Shown here: in pieces, positions 1 through 12,533 of the stretch | Layout of the letters: each line of letters begins with the position of its first letter | How positions within the stretch are numbered: position 1 is the stretch's first letter | Origin: Chiloscyllium plagiosum | Taxonomy: Eukaryota | Length of the DNA: 64,000 bases | Assembly: GCF_004010195.1 (NCBI RefSeq) | Contig: NC_057732.1 | Location: 15,209,951 to 15,273,950 of the forward strand | Direction of reading: 5' to 3' | Notes under the pieces: model-generated | What the model saw: the letters and a program-made list of their open reading frames with translations, nothing else | The model's database searches: none | What the model was told of the DNA's origin: nothing | Made by a program: the position numbers and the translations under genes

Positions 1-47
1 TAAGTGAGCTCAAGAAGAAAATTGACTCTCATATTCCTCCATGACAG

Positions 48-3000
48 GAGCTTGGTCAAAATTTCCAACAAAATTGCCAACTCGTCAGGACAATTTCAGT
101 GTAAACAATCATTACATTCCAAGCTGTGAGGTGCAGACTGATTCTAAATCCCAGAGGTGAAAGGAAATATATTTCTACATTATAAATAATTTCATTTATT
201 TGATTTGTTTATGTACATTATATTTGTATTGGAAAGAACTTCAGCTGAGTTATAAAATGACGGGCAAATATTTTAAAAATAATTAATTAACAATAACATC
301 CATGCTTTTCTACATAAATTCTGATTGTGATGATTTGCTAATTATTTTCTACTAAGATGTCTGTTTACAGTTTCAACAGTGAAGAAGCAGCACTTGTCAT
401 TCAGTACAATGACAGCTACCAAGGCGAGTTTTTTAGTTGACACTTGCTTCAATCAGGGAGTCTGATAGTACATGGTGCCCTCCAGAAGGCATCTGTGGTG
501 TTTAGGACAAGCAAATGCAAAGTTTCTCATATGATCAGGGTTAGTCAGAAGTCACATGACACCAGGTTATAGTCCAGCAAGTTTATTTGAAATCATATGG
601 TTTCAGTGTCACCCCTCCTTCATCAGGTGGGGTGACTTCAAAACCAGATTTAAGAATGGAGATATGGAGACACACAGAGTACAAGAAAGGAAATATGAAT
701 TAAATTTAAATCATCTATAGGAAGACAAATAAAGATTAAGAAAGAAAGATGGGATTTAGAAATAAAATATACCTGTAAAGTTAAAAGAAAATTCTAACAC
801 CAATCAAAATTTGAAGGAATGAGATTCAATGACTATGAGTTGTGTTGACAATGATTCTGACACATTCTACCATTAAAACTTCAGTTAGACCAGAATAAGT
901 TAGCCTAATTTTCTTTTTCTGGTATATTTCATTATTACCTTCTGGGTAAGTATCAAAATATCACAGGCTTCCCCATACTTCTTTGCTCACTATATAAGTG
1001 ACACAGTAATACTGTGAGGCTCGGAGAGGAACCGAATAAACCAGGCCACAATTGCTGCATTTCCTGGACTCTGCAGTCTAATTTACTTAGACATAACTGC
1101 AAGTGTTGGTAGGTCATTACACATGGAGAAAATTATGCAAAATTCCCAAAGAAGGAGCATGTTGGTGTAAGTGGGGATATACTTGAAGTCCAATTCTTGA
1201 TCTTTGAGAGGATCTTTGCCAGGTTTTGAGCCGATATGATTAACACTGTGATGCAGAGGTAAACATTCCTGCACTTTTGACACCCAGAATTAGTAGCCCC
1301 TGTGTAGGTCACACATGGTAAGTATGTTGTTTTACGAATATCCTTAAAAGTTAAAGTTTTGTTCATTAATGTGACAATTCAGTTTTCCACAAAAGGTATT
1401 CTTGCGATTTTTAATGCTGACAATTTAGCCTTCAATCGGTTTTACGCTATGAATTTGTACTGCACTGTGATATCCAAATTTACATAGAGCCTTTAGGGGT
1501 TGTTTTGAAATCAAATCCCAGAGATGGAAGGATGCCATGGTAATCCACTATATCACTTAGTACCTCTGAAATGATCTTTCACTTCCAATATTTCATTCAG
1601 AACACAACCAGCTTAAGATGAAGGATCGGCATTTCGAAAGCTAGTGCTTCCAATTAAACTTGTTGGACTATAACCTGGTGTTGTGTGATTTTTAACTTAA
1701 TACCAAAAATGTTACTGAATTGTTTTTATAACATCATTATATTCATTTAGCTCATTCCAGACAGAGCATAAACTATGTCATAGTTTCAGTCAGACGTTTA
1801 CTTTAAAATTGTTCTGAAATCTTAGAATGAAGTGCTTTACAAGAATGTCCCATTTTGTCTGTAATATGTCCTGTGCATTGGAAATGATCTCTTTGGCTAG
1901 GCATTGAAGCACAGACATCTTTATTAAAAGAAAGATTTAATATAATTGAAAATGTAAATTTCAGAGGTGCTTAAAATAAACGGCCTATATTTGTTGAAGA
2001 ATACTTGGACAAAATCAGAAAATATTTTTGATGTAATACTCACATAGAATATTGTGATTGTAAAAGATATGTATGTGTTTCCAATGGGGTGTTGTAGAAA
2101 GTAATGTTTGTGAAAGGGTTAATGCTGAAAACTGCATGAAGCTCCGCACAGTCTGTCATATGGAATGGAGTGGAGAAAAGCAAAACAAAGGAGACAGGCC
2201 TACCATCTGTGTCTTCTCATAGTCTTTGTGACAACAATGTAACTTGTTCCTGATTGTTGTAATGTTTAAGGCAAAAGCCTCTTCTTATTGGACTACCTAG
2301 GAGTTTTCCTCTCTGATAGCAGACCTATGAAAGCAGACCCTAAAAGGAGGATGGTGGCAGCAAATCTACCTTTTCGTGACCATGCGTTCAGCTATGGCTC
2401 AGTTACGTGGTTCTCAGCAGCTCTGCAGCCACACAGCTTAGAGGTATACTAGCCACTGGAGAACTGCAAAAACATGTTCTAATGGGGAAATGCTTTTCAG
2501 ACATACAGACACAATGTCCAGTGATGCCTGTGATAGACATCTGAAGATTTAGTTTAATCACACCATTACAATGAAAAGTTTGTTTAGCTTAGATGGCTAG
2601 GATGTAGTTCAGGGTACCCAGATTGCAGGTTAGATTTCCCTTCTACCAAAGGTAGGTTTGGGACTTGCCTCCTTGCTGTGCTCCTGAGAGTGGAAGGCAA
2701 CGATAAACAAAAATTTCCAAGAGAACTACTCAGGATGAAGCAGCAGCAGTGAATGAGCTAAAGGCCTGCTTTTTGACAGAGCATGTAGTTTGTATTGATT
2801 TATATATTTAGCTGTTTGGCATAACGTTCATGGCTTCAATGGAAGGACTGTCAAACAAATGCTAACATTCTGCTTGAACACACTTCTACAGGCATTCTGA
2901 CACTGGACACTGCCTGAAAAGCATTTCCCCATTAGAACGTGCTTTTTTTTATTTCTCCAATGGCCAGTATACCAGCAGGACAATGTTCCCTCTAAGCAGT

Positions 3001-3876
3001 GTGGCTTCAGAGCTGCTGGAAAACTCCATGCACGTCAACTGAAGTGCTGACATAGGGCTTGCTAGGAACTGCTGCAGTACCCAGAACCCGAAGGTCCACA
3101 CAGTGGAAAAGAAACTTGCAGAAGAGATCAAAGAAAATGATATAAAGACACTCTATAGCTCTTCCTGAAACATGGTGGCATTGACATTAATAACTGGGAG
3201 GAGATTGCTATCAATCAAAATGGCATTGTCTATTAATCTGCATTGTGCTGAGTCCAAATGCCATAACAATGCTGAGCAGTGACAGGGGATGAAGGAAAAT
3301 GAACTAAACCCTACACCCAGATCCCACTACCTTTTGGGACGCACTGACTCATACAGCCAAATATCATTGGATTGCCTTGTTCAGTCACAGGAAGACCCAC
3401 TACACAGACTCATAGCCCTGAGTAGATGTCATCCTCAAACTGAAGAATGGTCAACAAGGATTTATATACTATTAATATCAAAGAAAGTATTTTGCCTTTA
3501 GTTGTTTGACGCAACGTCTAGGCTAACACAGAGCTGGTAATACTGTAACAGCATTATCCACTGAGACAGTACAAAGAAATGTTACATTGTTGATTTAAAT
3601 GTTACTAAGTGGATGATAAAATTTTAGTATGGGTATACAAATGTTCTGTCTTTTTCAATCTTGGTGTCTTTCACCTTTTTCTAAAGAGAATCTCATTCAT
3701 TCCATTTATTTTTCCATGCGAACTTTTGATCTTGATTTTGCAGTTGTCATGACAGAAGAATGGTCAGCATTTCCCATCATTACAGTGACACTGACAGCAC
3801 TGTCTGGCATCTATACATGCCAGCTAAACATGGAAACCCAACATTTGCTGTCAGTGACATTGAGGTGTACTACTGA
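48..3876 (+). CDS. 3' part of an unidentified multi-exon gene; predicted exons 48-130, 357-423, 1257-1317, 3744-3876
   Basis: Four AG-preceded segments join in compatible phases (0, 1, 2) with no stop: (G)AWSKFPTKLPTRQDNFSVNNHYIPSCE|MSVYSFNSEEAALVIQYNDSYQ|EVNIPALLTPRISSPCVGHTC|CHDRRMVSISHHYSDTDSTVWHLYMPAKHGNPTFAVSDIEVYY*. Donors are GTGCAG (131), GCGAGT (424) and GTAAGT (1318). No homology recognised. Confidence 0.5.
545..632 (-). mobile_element. Penelope-like element terminal fragment (family 2) with degenerate hammerhead core
   Basis: acaccaggttatagtcca is shared with copies at 1617-1697, 46535-46655 and 58502-58635; the minus strand reads CACCTGATGAAGGAG...GAAACC. Confidence 0.6.
1617..1697 (+). 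mobile_element. Penelope-like element terminal fragment (family 2)
   Basis: GATGAAGG...CGAAAGCTAGTG followed by ttggactataacctggtgttgtgtgatttttaact. Confidence 0.6.
2950..3460 (+). mobile_element. Decayed RTE-clade LINE 3' fragment
   Basis: Broken frame resembling the RTE C-terminus (GKR..G.QRK.YKDTL..LK..GI..NNWEEIA) at about 3105-3215; boundaries approximate. Confidence 0.55.
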
Positions 3877-4491
3877 GGACTGCACAGTTGGATATCTATG
3901 AAATCATTTTAATTGACACAGACTTCCACTTTTACACTGCGATACTTGTAAAAACCCACAAAAAGCTTCTGTCATGTTTTATGAGCTGTAGCTGGATTTT
4001 TTTAAACAGTACCACACTTTAAATTACAACTCTGACCTTATAAAACTACTGTAGTTTTTAATTTGTGGGATGATTATAATTCTCCATTGTGATTAAAAAA
4101 AAACATAATTTTTTAAATTCAATATTTAAAAGGTTGCTTGTGTTATTTCAGCTTCTGGCTTAATCACAACTTGCTTGATTTTTGTCTGAACTCTGCGGAA
4201 TCCCCTAGCACTAATACTTGAATCAACGAATGTTGAGAACAGTGCAATCCCTGCCAGATTGCAGGATATCTTTGGGGCAACTTCCTTCAGGGGTTAGCAG
4301 CAAGCAAAATAAAGGGGTCATCATCTCTCTGATCCCCTTCCTTTGCCTCAATTCATTGTCACAATTTCTTCCGTCCACACTCTGTTCCTTGAATTCAACC
4401 CTATCCTTCACTCTCACCCCATGGCTCTGATTGTTTTCCTCTCTCCCTCCTGCAGATCTTTATTCCCATCTTTCACCTTCTCCAGCACACT

Positions 4492-4790
4492 GTTACAGTC
4501 ATACAGCAGAGAAACAGACTCTTCACTCCAACCAGTTTATGTCAATTATAATTCCAAACTAAACTAGTCCTACTTGCCTGCTCCTGGTCCATATCCCTCC
4601 AAACCTCTCCTATTGATTACCTATCCAAGTGTCTTTTAGATGTTGTAATTGCACCCACATCCATCACTTTCTCTGGAAGTTCATTCCACATGCAAACCAG
4701 TGTAAAAACTTTGCCCCTCGTGTGTTTATTTAAACCTGCCTCCTCTCACCTTAAAAAGATGCCATCTGGTCTTGAAACCTGAGGGAAAAG
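4492..4790 (-). mobile_element. CR1/HER1 LINE 3' end fragment
   Basis: Similar to the 3' UTR of the CR1 copies at 10940 and 13388 (cagtcatacagc..gaaacagac..tccaacc). Confidence 0.7.
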
Positions 4791-5462
4791 ACACGCACAA
4801 TTATATATGAAACATCAGATTAAATAGTTACTTGCCAGAATGAGCCAGTAGCTGGTAGCATGCCATTTTAAATAGCTGCCAGTATTGAAGATTTATGCCC
4901 AGGATTAGTTAAGGGAGGTTCGCAGCATTAATTGGGAAAAGGATAGAATTGCTGAAGGCACTAAAATGACAGGGCATGGATGAGAAGGTTTGGAGTTCTA
5001 GATTCCAGGCAAGAGGAAGTCAAGTCCAGTATTGGTTACTGGATAGACTGGAGATGATGATGAGTAACAGCATTAATTCTGTTGGAGACCGGCAACAGAA
5101 TATAATTAATTTAATTTTTGAAAGTGTACTGGTCAATCACTATTATCACACAGGAGTAAAACAAACAGCAAAGGAAGTGTACATCGACGAGAAATACAGA
5201 CATTTCCAAGATCTTTATTCAAGCATAAGCAACGGCTGCCAAAGTCAGCATTTATTATTTAATCATACAGTCAACCTTGAGACCACACTGGTGGGCCTTC
5301 TGTATGGATTGCAGTGGTCAATGAAGAAGAGGACTTTGATTTCTGGTTCAAATGCAGATAAAATTGCAGGCAATGCTCCCAGTTCATACACTGCTGATCT
5401 CTTGTTTCACTTCAGTAGAAACATAGTTGAAGAATTAATTTAAAGTAACAGGGTTTCTTCTG

Positions 5463-5549
5463 TCAAAGAATATCTTTTATTGCCATTCGACAAATAATGG
5501 CATCCAACAAATTGCCAACCTTTTCCTCAGGAGGAGATACTTTGTAAAT
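5463..5549 (-). CDS. TPRKB: TPRKB (CGI-121, KEOPS subunit) last coding exon
   Basis: ag|IYKVSPPEEKVGNLLDAIICRMAIKDIL*, matching the TPRKB C-terminus (LLDAIICRM..KD.L). Candidate AATAAA signals on the minus strand at 5251-5256 and 5214-5219. Confidence 0.95.
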   Translation of the reverse strand: MYKVSPPEEKVGNLLDAIICRMAIKDIL

Positions 5550-6121
5550 CTGTGTATAGTAAAACATTTTGGTTATAGTTCATTTGGAATGACAGTAAGG
5601 CATTTCTTCCTCTCAAATAAACATGTGCTATCCTGCAAAGGATTATAGGTGCGAAGAGGAATCAACTATCGACTTAACAATGAGATCCTAATGAAGGTGA
5701 AGAAAGCATTATCCAACTATGCTAGAACACTTTTCTGTCAATGATTCAGCTGCAAGCATTTTTGAATACCATTACGTCCATATGAATACGTATGCATCTT
5801 AACAGGAATGTCAGTGGTGTAAATGTAAATATTAATCTGAAAACCAGCACAGGAGTAAAGAAAATGGATTGAATGGTTCAGCACATCAGCCATTTGTTTT
5901 TGTGCAACCAGTTATAATTTTCTGATACAAAGTTTCATTGACATGTAATTGTTACCATACAAAATAGACTTATTGCAGCAAATCATAATTTATCCCCAAT
6001 GATAGTGGTATCAAATGATAAGTCAAAACTGCATGAAATGAAAATGGTGATTTGGATGCAGACTTTAAGAAAACAACTTAATTTTAAATCCTGTAATGAA
6101 GAAGTCACGTTACTCACAAAC

Positions 6122-6298
6122 CTTTTTAATTTTGGTCATATCTGCCATTGTTGAGAGATCCTGGACATGAATCTGTTGCCCATCCACTTGCCTTATAACA
6201 CCTTCCAAATCAGATTTTTTCTCTCCATCATCCACCAGAACAATGAGAACAGCCGAGTCACTATCTGAAATCCCAAATTTTCTGAACGCATCTGAAAT
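6122..6298 (-). CDS. TPRKB: TPRKB coding exon 3
   Basis: ISDAFRKFGISDSDSAVLIVLVDDGEKKSDLEGVIRQVDGQQIHVQDLSTMADMTKIKK; 177 nt, AG/GT bounded, phase 0. Confidence 0.95.
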
Positions 6299-6359
6299 CT
6301 TCAGAAAAATAACTAATGAAATTGTGACTTTTTAACCGTCAACATCCTCTCTGAAGAAC

Positions 6360-6966
6360 AGCATGGAGTATAGGTGTTGGGAGGTCATGTCGCGGCTGTA
6401 CAGGACATTGGTTAGACCACTTTTGGAATATTGTGTGCAATTCTGGTCTCTGTCCTATTGTGAGAATGTGTGAAACTTCCAACGGTTCAGAAACGTTTTA
6501 CAAGGATGTTGCCAGGGTTGAAGGATTTGAGCTCTAGGGAGAAGCTGACTATGTTAGGGTTGTTTTCCCTGGAGCATCGGAGGCTGAGGGGTGACTTTAT
6601 AGGGGCTTATAAAATCACGAGAGATGTGGATAGGATAAATAAACAAGGTCTTTTCCCAGCAGTTGGGGAGTCTGGAACTAGAGGGCATAAGTTTAGGGTG
6701 AGGGGGGAAAGATTTAAAAGGGACATCAGGGGCAACATTTTCATGCAAAAGGTGGTACGTGTATGAAATGAGCTGCCAGAGGAGTGGTGGAGGCTGGTAA
6801 AATTACAACATTTAAGACATATCTGGATGGATATATGAATAAGAAGAGTTTAGAGGAATATGGGCCAAGTGCAGGCAAATGGAAGTAAATTAATAAAGGA
6901 TATCTGGTCAGCAAGAACAAGTGGACCAAAGAGTCTGTTTCAGTGCTATTCACCTCTATGACTCTA
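6360..6966 (+). mobile_element. CR1/HER1 LINE 3' end
   Basis: ORF 6470-6766 (VQKRFTRMLPGL..LGLFSLE.RRLRGD) is the CR1 ORF2 C-terminus; ends in the ctctatgactct tail. Confidence 0.9.
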
Positions 6967-7249
6967 AGAAATGTTCAAGAATCATGTTTTAAAGAAAAGC
7001 AAAATTAAAAGAAAGACACTAGTGACAGAAATGAAAGAAGAGTTGAATGTGCTACCACCCTGAATGTTGGATAAAAAAAGTGTGGCTGATAAGCATTTCA
7101 TATTCTCCTTCCAAATGGTGTCTGAAAACAACCACGCAACTGCTGGGAATAATTCTATCATTCTAATTATGAGAGGCTAGCAAAAGATGTTAAAGAGCGT
7201 ATATTCTTGAAGATACAGGAGGATTGCATAATGTTCAGCACCATTTGCA

Positions 7250-8055
7250 ACTCCTCAGATACTGCAGCAGTCCACATCCAGGTTCAGGCTTACAAGTAGA
7301 AAGTAACATTCACACCATACAAATGGCAGGGAATGACTGTTTCTTATTGGGGGTGACCTAACCATGACCCATTGACATTTAATGGCATTAGCATTAATAA
7401 ATCCCTCACTAACGTCATCCTGGGAGTTACCATTGAATAGAAACTGAACTGGATTAACCAAACAAATACAGTGGCTACAAGAGCACATCAGAGGCTATAA
7501 ATACTGCAGTGAATAAGTAACCTCTGGACTCCTCAAAGCCTGTCTACGACCTGGAAGGCACAAGTCTGAAGTGTGATGGAATGCTCCCCACTTACCTCAA
7601 CCACACTCAAGAAGCTTGAAACCATCCAGGACAAAAGCAGCCCCATTGACTGCTTGTGAGTGTGGTGCCATTCACTCTACTACTGATGCCCTCTACACAC
7701 TGCTGTTACAATCTACAAAATGCACTGCAGAAATTTGTCAAAGCCACAGAGAACACCTTCAAAACTCACAAACACTTCCATCCATAAAATGACAAAAAGC
7801 AGCAGATAAATCGGAACACCACCACCTGCAAGTTTATCTCAAGGTAATTCACCATCTGAACTTGGAAAAGCATCATGTCCCCTCACTGTTGTTGGGACAA
7901 AATCCTGGAACTCCATCCCCAATGACATGCTGGGTCTATCTGTAGCAATTCAAGAAGGAAGCTCACTACCACCTACTTTCTCAAGGGCAAGTAGGGACTG
8001 ATAATAAATGCTGGCCCAGTCAGCAAGACCCATGTCCTATTAGTGAATAAAGAAA
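7250..8055 (+). mobile_element. Decayed non-LTR retrotransposon 3' fragment (second LINE family, L2-like)
   Basis: Encodes the RT C-terminal motif ILGVTI..KLNW. Related copies at about 32905-33425, 44200-44640 (-), 48270-49170 and 63580-63890 (-). Clade uncertain. Confidence 0.65.
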
Positions 8056-8382
8056 TTACAAGCAAAATCTTGAATAGCTGAGCCAGATTTTATAGCTCTT
8101 TTTTCTACACCTGTTGCCATGTTTACAATTCAGAAAAAAAATTCATTTCTAATTAAAAAAAAACATTATATTACTGAGTGACACTAATGGCTGATTCCTG
8201 CATGGCCACTGTACTTCTCACTTAGAGATACCAGTTTATAACTGTGAGGTTCAACTCTATGTAGTTCTACAACTGCAGTATTCTGGACATGAAGAGAAAT
8301 GCAAAACAGCACAAATGCATCTGATAAAGTGTACAAGTTATTACACCAAAATCAATTCACTGCTCAGAAAATCAAGCCTTAC

Positions 8383-8505
8383 ATTATTTGTTGGAGAGAG
8401 ATTAAATATGATTTCAGAATAAAGGCCTCTTGTCTTCATTTTGGCCAGTTTGTGTAAATGAACAGCTTTGTTGACTGCCAGAAGTATCTGAAATGGATCA
8501 ACTAT
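8383..8505 (-). CDS. TPRKB: TPRKB coding exon 2
   Basis: [41 protein letters not shown]; 123 nt, AG/GTAAG bounded. Confidence 0.96.
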
Positions 8506-9214
8506 CTGAAAGAGAGAGATAAAGACCATGTGCAGTTTATACAAAAGCATGTATTGCATTGGTAGCTCCATGTAAATTGGCAGTTTCATATAGTTTTCTC
8601 AATGATAACAGAGCAGGTCAGGAGCATTTTACAAACAAGTTCCCCCAAATGAAAATCACAACTTACAATATTGTAGAATAATATCTTTTGAAATCAGCTT
8701 AGACACTGATAATGCAGTGATTTTACAAAAGGAACTTAACTCTTGCAATTGTATGTAGAGTTGATTAGAAACTGCTACAAGTGCAGCACTTCCGTTTGAG
8801 TTCTCTGTACAACAGCAGGCCCTACCCACATCACTATGACTTTCTCCATAGATAGAGGCAGGGAAGCAGGCCCAGAATCTACCCCATCCTGAACAGAGAT
8901 CAAATTAATATTAACACCAATCTGATCCACATGAGCTGTCCAGCAAATGAGCTAACCATGCCAGATATTTAGAGTTGCAGTGGAATGTACACTTTGACAT
9001 GCAAGCTGCATTCTGAAACTATCGCAATGATGGGAGAGACTCCAATCTCTTGTCATCAGATAGCGGATCAGGGGACTCACCCTCTCAACACCTGAATTTG
9101 GTGTACGTTGGAAGGATTTACAAGCTAATTCTTAACCTGTACACTTACGTTATGTGTGTACCTTCCTTATCTGTAAAATTCTGAGGTAGAATGGGTACCT
9201 GGAGCTTTTGGTTT

Positions 9215-9407
9215 AGAGCTGAAATTGTGTTGCTGGAAAAGCGCAGCAGGTCAGGCAGCATCCAAGGAGCAGGAGAATCGACGTTTCGGGCATGAGCCCT
9301 TCTTCCGACACGTCGATTCTCCTGCTCCAAGGATGCTGCGTGACCTGCTGCGCTTTTCCACCATTTTCAGCTCTGATCTCCAGCATCTGCAGTCCTCACT
9401 TTCTCCT
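9215..9407. mobile_element. Fold-back Penelope-derived short element
   Basis: Arms ggaaaagcgcagcaggtca..gcagcatcc..ggagcaggagaatcgacgt and its reverse complement, then the tail ctctgatctccagcatctgcagtcctcactttctcc. Confidence 0.8.
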
Positions 9408-10037
9408 AGTTCACTTTTGGATTAGAAGCAGGCATGCTAATCAGTTGTCCAACTGCTCTATTTAACATCTGAAAACCAACTTGAAGGTTGCTGCCAATCT
9501 AGTTCAACCCTGACCCAGTTTATTTCATATAATATCCAATGCTCCTGTAGCTAGATTGGGCAAGACTCTGAGAAAAATGACAACAACCAAAACAGCCAAA
9601 AATTCATCCATGTAAATTTGTATAGGCCTTTGGGGAAAAAAAAAGTGACCCTCAGGCTAATGTTTTTTCTGTTTACCCTATAGCTACTGAAGACAGCATG
9701 AAAATGCATTCATTACATCAGCAACAGTTGGCCAGTGACTGAATATGGAAACTTCCTGATGGAAAATAGATCAAGCAACCTTGCGATGCATTACTCACTA
9801 ACCCAAAGGTGACAGTATAACAAACTTGTAAGAAAATTACATGAAACTGGAAACCACACTTTATTAAACAAAATAACAAGAATCTATCAAATATATTGGT
9901 TACTCTGCTCATCAGTTTCTCTCTTGCTCACAGATGTACCACCTTCTTTCCTCAGAAGAAATCTTCATGACTGCAGGATTCCCTTTATGTACATATTAAA
10001 AACAAAATCACAGCAATAATTAGATTATCATTCTCAC

Positions 10038-10178
10038 CATGGATGCATTTACCAATGCTCCATCTATGGTTCCTTCCATAGCTTTCTTTCGAAGTTCAGC
10101 AGCATTTTTAACATCTTTAAACAACAGAAGTGTCACAGTGCATCCTGGAAAGAGTTCTAGCTCATGTATCATAATCAT
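10038..10178 (-). CDS. TPRKB: TPRKB coding exon 1 (exon starts at 10203, ATG at 10178)
   Basis: [47 protein letters not shown]; 141 nt. The four exons total 175 aa, the usual vertebrate TPRKB length. Confidence 0.96.
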
Positions 10179-10514
10179 CTTGTTCGTCTGATGATCAGCA
10201 TACCTGAAGTGACAAGGTGACAATGTCTTAACAAAATCTTGCTAAGAAAAAAATAGACCGTGCAGTTAGGTTCAATGATTACAAAGTAAAATTCTTCCTT
10301 GAAAAATGTTGCATGGTTCATGCCAAGACCAACACAAAACCAACTAGTAATGGAAAAAAAAAGTTAAAACAGAAATACCAAGAATTCATTCACTTACTGG
10401 TTATATACTATTTCAGGAAAATAATTTACTTTATTTTCCAACAGCGACATACTGCAGACACCAGAGATCTGTTTTTATTTCATGTTTCTCACATCATAGT
10501 ATTTGGCTTTTATA

Positions 10515-10660
10515 TAAATAGAAAATGCTGGAGAAATGCAAGAGGTCTGGAAGAACCTCTTCTTCAGAACTATATGGTTAAGAAGAGTTATACTGGATTT
10601 GAAACATTAATTCTGTTTCTCTCTCCATTGGTACTGCTGAGCCTGCTACGTTTCACAGTT
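10515..10660. mobile_element. Old Penelope-type terminal fragment
   Basis: aaatgctggagaaa...cttcttcagaac...aagaagagttatactggatttgaaacattaattctgtttctctctcca; degenerate hammerhead-type core. Confidence 0.45.
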
Positions 10661-10939
10661 TGCCCGAAACAAATAAAAAAAACATAAAAACACAGACTTA
10701 CTGCATTAATGGTGAAATTTATGAATTAATATTTTGTCCATCCACAATATTTCTGATCTACATTCTTCTCAATGCGCCTCACCAGGAGAAAAGGGCAATA
10801 TTCAATAAAGAAAAAACTGTAAACGTCCTTCATTGATTATTCAATAATAGTAATTTCAGCATTTTTTTCCAGGTACTTAAATTCCTCGTGTGACTTGCCT
10901 TGAGAACTATGTTTACAAACACTATTCTCTACAACCTTT

Positions 10940-11660
10940 TAGAGTCAGAGAGATGTTCAGCACGGAAACAGACACTTCAGTCCAATTCGTCCATGCCAAC
11001 CAGATATCCCAACCCAATCTAGTCCTACTTATCAGCACCCGGCCCATATCCCTCCAAATCCTTCCTGTAAATACACCCATCCAAGTGCCTTTTAAATGTT
11101 GCAATTGCACCAGCCTCCACCACTTCCTCTGGCAGCTCATTCCAAACATGAACTACCCTATGCCCCTTAGGTCTCTTTTATATCTGTCCCTTCTCAACCT
11201 AAACCCTCTAGTTGTGGTCTCCCCCATCCCAGGGAAAAGACCTTGTTTATTTACCCTCTCCATATCTTTTGCGATTTTATAAACCTCTATAAGGTCAACT
11301 GTTAGCCTCCAAAACTCTAGGGAAAACAGCCTCAGCCTATTTAATCTCTCCCTATAGCTCAAATCCTCCAATCCTGGCAATATCCTTGTAAATCTTTTCT
11401 GAACCCTTTCAAGTTTCACAACATCCTTACGACAGGGAGGAGACCAGAAGTGCACGCAATGTTCCAAAAGTGGCCTAACCAACATCCTGTACAGCCGCAA
11501 CATGACCTTCTATACTCAATACTCTGACCAATAAAGGAAAGCATACCAAACACCTTCTTCACTAACCTATCTACCTGCAACTCTACTTTCAAGGAACTAT
11601 GAACCTGCACTCTAAGGTCTCTTTGTTCAACAACACTCCCTAGGACCTTACCATTAAGTG
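10940..11660 (-). mobile_element. CR1/HER1 LINE 3' end
   Basis: ORFs 11153-11503 and 11416-11610 (LYRMLVRPLLEHCVHFWSP..LERVQKRFTR). Confidence 0.9.
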
Positions 11661-11992
11661 TTTTAACGCCTTAATTTTTGGGACATTTATTATTTAAGAT
11701 CTTATAAATACCTACAGTGTGGTTATAAATATTCACTAAGCAAAGCATCACTGGTAATGAACAGCATTGAGAGATTCACAACTTGGAAGCTCATATAATG
11801 CTTATATAATTTACCCAGCCCTTCTTGCTTCACATCTACCACAGCAACTGGCTTGAGAATCACAGTGCCATTTCAGAAATTGAATTCAGCCACAGTCTGC
11901 TTGTTAGACAACTAACTGAACGGTAGCCCTGGCTGGGTAGTAAGGGCGTTATCTCAAAATTAAATGGTTATGTCCAAGTCAATAATTTGATT

Positions 11993-12088
11993 TCCTGATG
12001 AACGGCTTTTGCCGGAACGTCGATTTTCCTGCGCCTCGGATGCTGCCTGAACTGCTGTGCTTTTCCAGCGCCACTCTAATCTCGACTG
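11993..12088 (+). mobile_element. Penelope pLTR fragment with hammerhead-like core
   Basis: CTGATGAACGGCTTTTGCCGGAACGTCG followed by the family tail. Confidence 0.7.
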
Positions 12089-12533
12089 AGAAGTCAATAA
12101 TAGTCTGCGGTTCAGACATCCCTCATATCGTACAATCAGCAACATAATGATTAACTAATATAAATTTTGGTGAGAGACGGATCAAAATAACCGACCAGGA
12201 AGGTGACAGCAGCAGGTGAAGGATAAACAAGAGAGTGAGAGCCTAGAGTGTCCATAAAGAAGACAGAAATAGAGCACTAAAGCGAAAGCAAAAAGTTGCG
12301 GATGCTGGAAATCTGAAAAAAGTGCTGGAAAACCTTGCAATGGGCAGCATCGTTGGGGAGAAAACGACAAGTTAATGTTTCGAGTCCAGATTGATTTTTA
12401 TTCATAATAACGTGTGCATTTCCATAGATGCTGCCAGACTTGCTGAGCTTCTGCTTTTTTTTTGTCTCATATATCCGGCACCTACATTGCTTTTAATCAC
12501 ATTGCGACTACTACAGAGGGTAACACAACTCAC

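Noticed and set aside
4976-5443. 155-aa plus-strand ORF
   Set aside because: Antisense to the TPRKB 3' UTR, with no recognisable motif or splice support; probably chance.
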